From the NCBI GenBank assembly GCA_051294905.1, contig CM119373.1, forward strand, positions 31,310,001-31,374,000: a DNA stretch of 64,000 bases, in the 5' to 3' direction. The stretch comes from Botryllus schlosseri (lineage: Eukaryota). The notes beneath the pieces are model-generated. The model had not been told where the DNA came from, did not search any database, and worked only from the letters and a program-made list of their open reading frames with translations. This document shows, in pieces, positions 63,570-64,000 of the stretch (positions are counted from its first letter, which is position 1; the number at the start of each line of letters is the position of its first letter). The position numbers and the translations under genes are program-made.

Positions 63570-64000
63570 GTCGACAATATAGACATGAAACCTGTTGTCG
63601 ATATGTGGTCTGTGTATGGCCGTTTCAGCTGCGCCGAACAAATAGTGGCATGGTGTGGTATCTAGTCACCACATACACCCTAACCATATATTGTTTGTTA
63701 CTCCTGCGGGCTTGCGCAATAGCGAATTTTGCACTTCCGTCAATTCGATCTAAGGTCACGCCGACATCTGTACGTAATCGAGTAAGTTGAGAATCTGTGG
63801 CATTTGTTTGTATTATGTCCCAGGGTGACATATGGACCGGCGGATTAGCAATCCTAATATCTTATGCTAGTCTGTTGAACAGGATCTGCAGTGTGGTTCT
63901 GGATCAGCGTAGGGACATCCCGTACAATAATTTACCATTCCATTGGTGGCTTCTGTCGCATATTGAGATTATCTGAGCCTCTAAAATATTGTAGGTCTTT
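63570..64000 (-). pseudogene. GPCR-like relic, continues beyond the window
   Basis: Clear paralogue of 60550-60900 (RRSNKQYMVRVYVVTRYHTMPLFVR). Confidence 0.45.

Overview
AT-rich eukaryotic DNA, probably from a marine invertebrate such as an ascidian (inferred from gene and repeat style; not verifiable here). The intact coding content is a tandem array of seven minus-strand, intronless four-transmembrane genes of the MS4A/CD20-like type (about 5.2-54.4 kb). Five are close paralogues with a variable, Cys-containing first extracellular loop. Two of these five keep a C-terminal PPAY (PPxY) motif. The other three lost it by three different lesions: a hAT transposon insertion with a perfect 8-bp target-site duplication (TSD), a TTA>TAA nonsense change, and an in-frame deletion of about 12 bp. 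All three keep the four TM helices. Between the genes lie about eleven heavily decayed ORF relics, several clearly homologous to one another, which resemble class A GPCRs (tentative). The rest is a dense, nested set of hAT-type MITEs (many with 8-bp TSDs), two decayed hAT transposases, Penelope-like RT and GIY-YIG relics (one with a hammerhead-like core), tRNA-derived SINE heads, a foldback element and an unexplained structured segment of about 255 nt. All alignments were done by eye; boundaries of decayed features are approximate.
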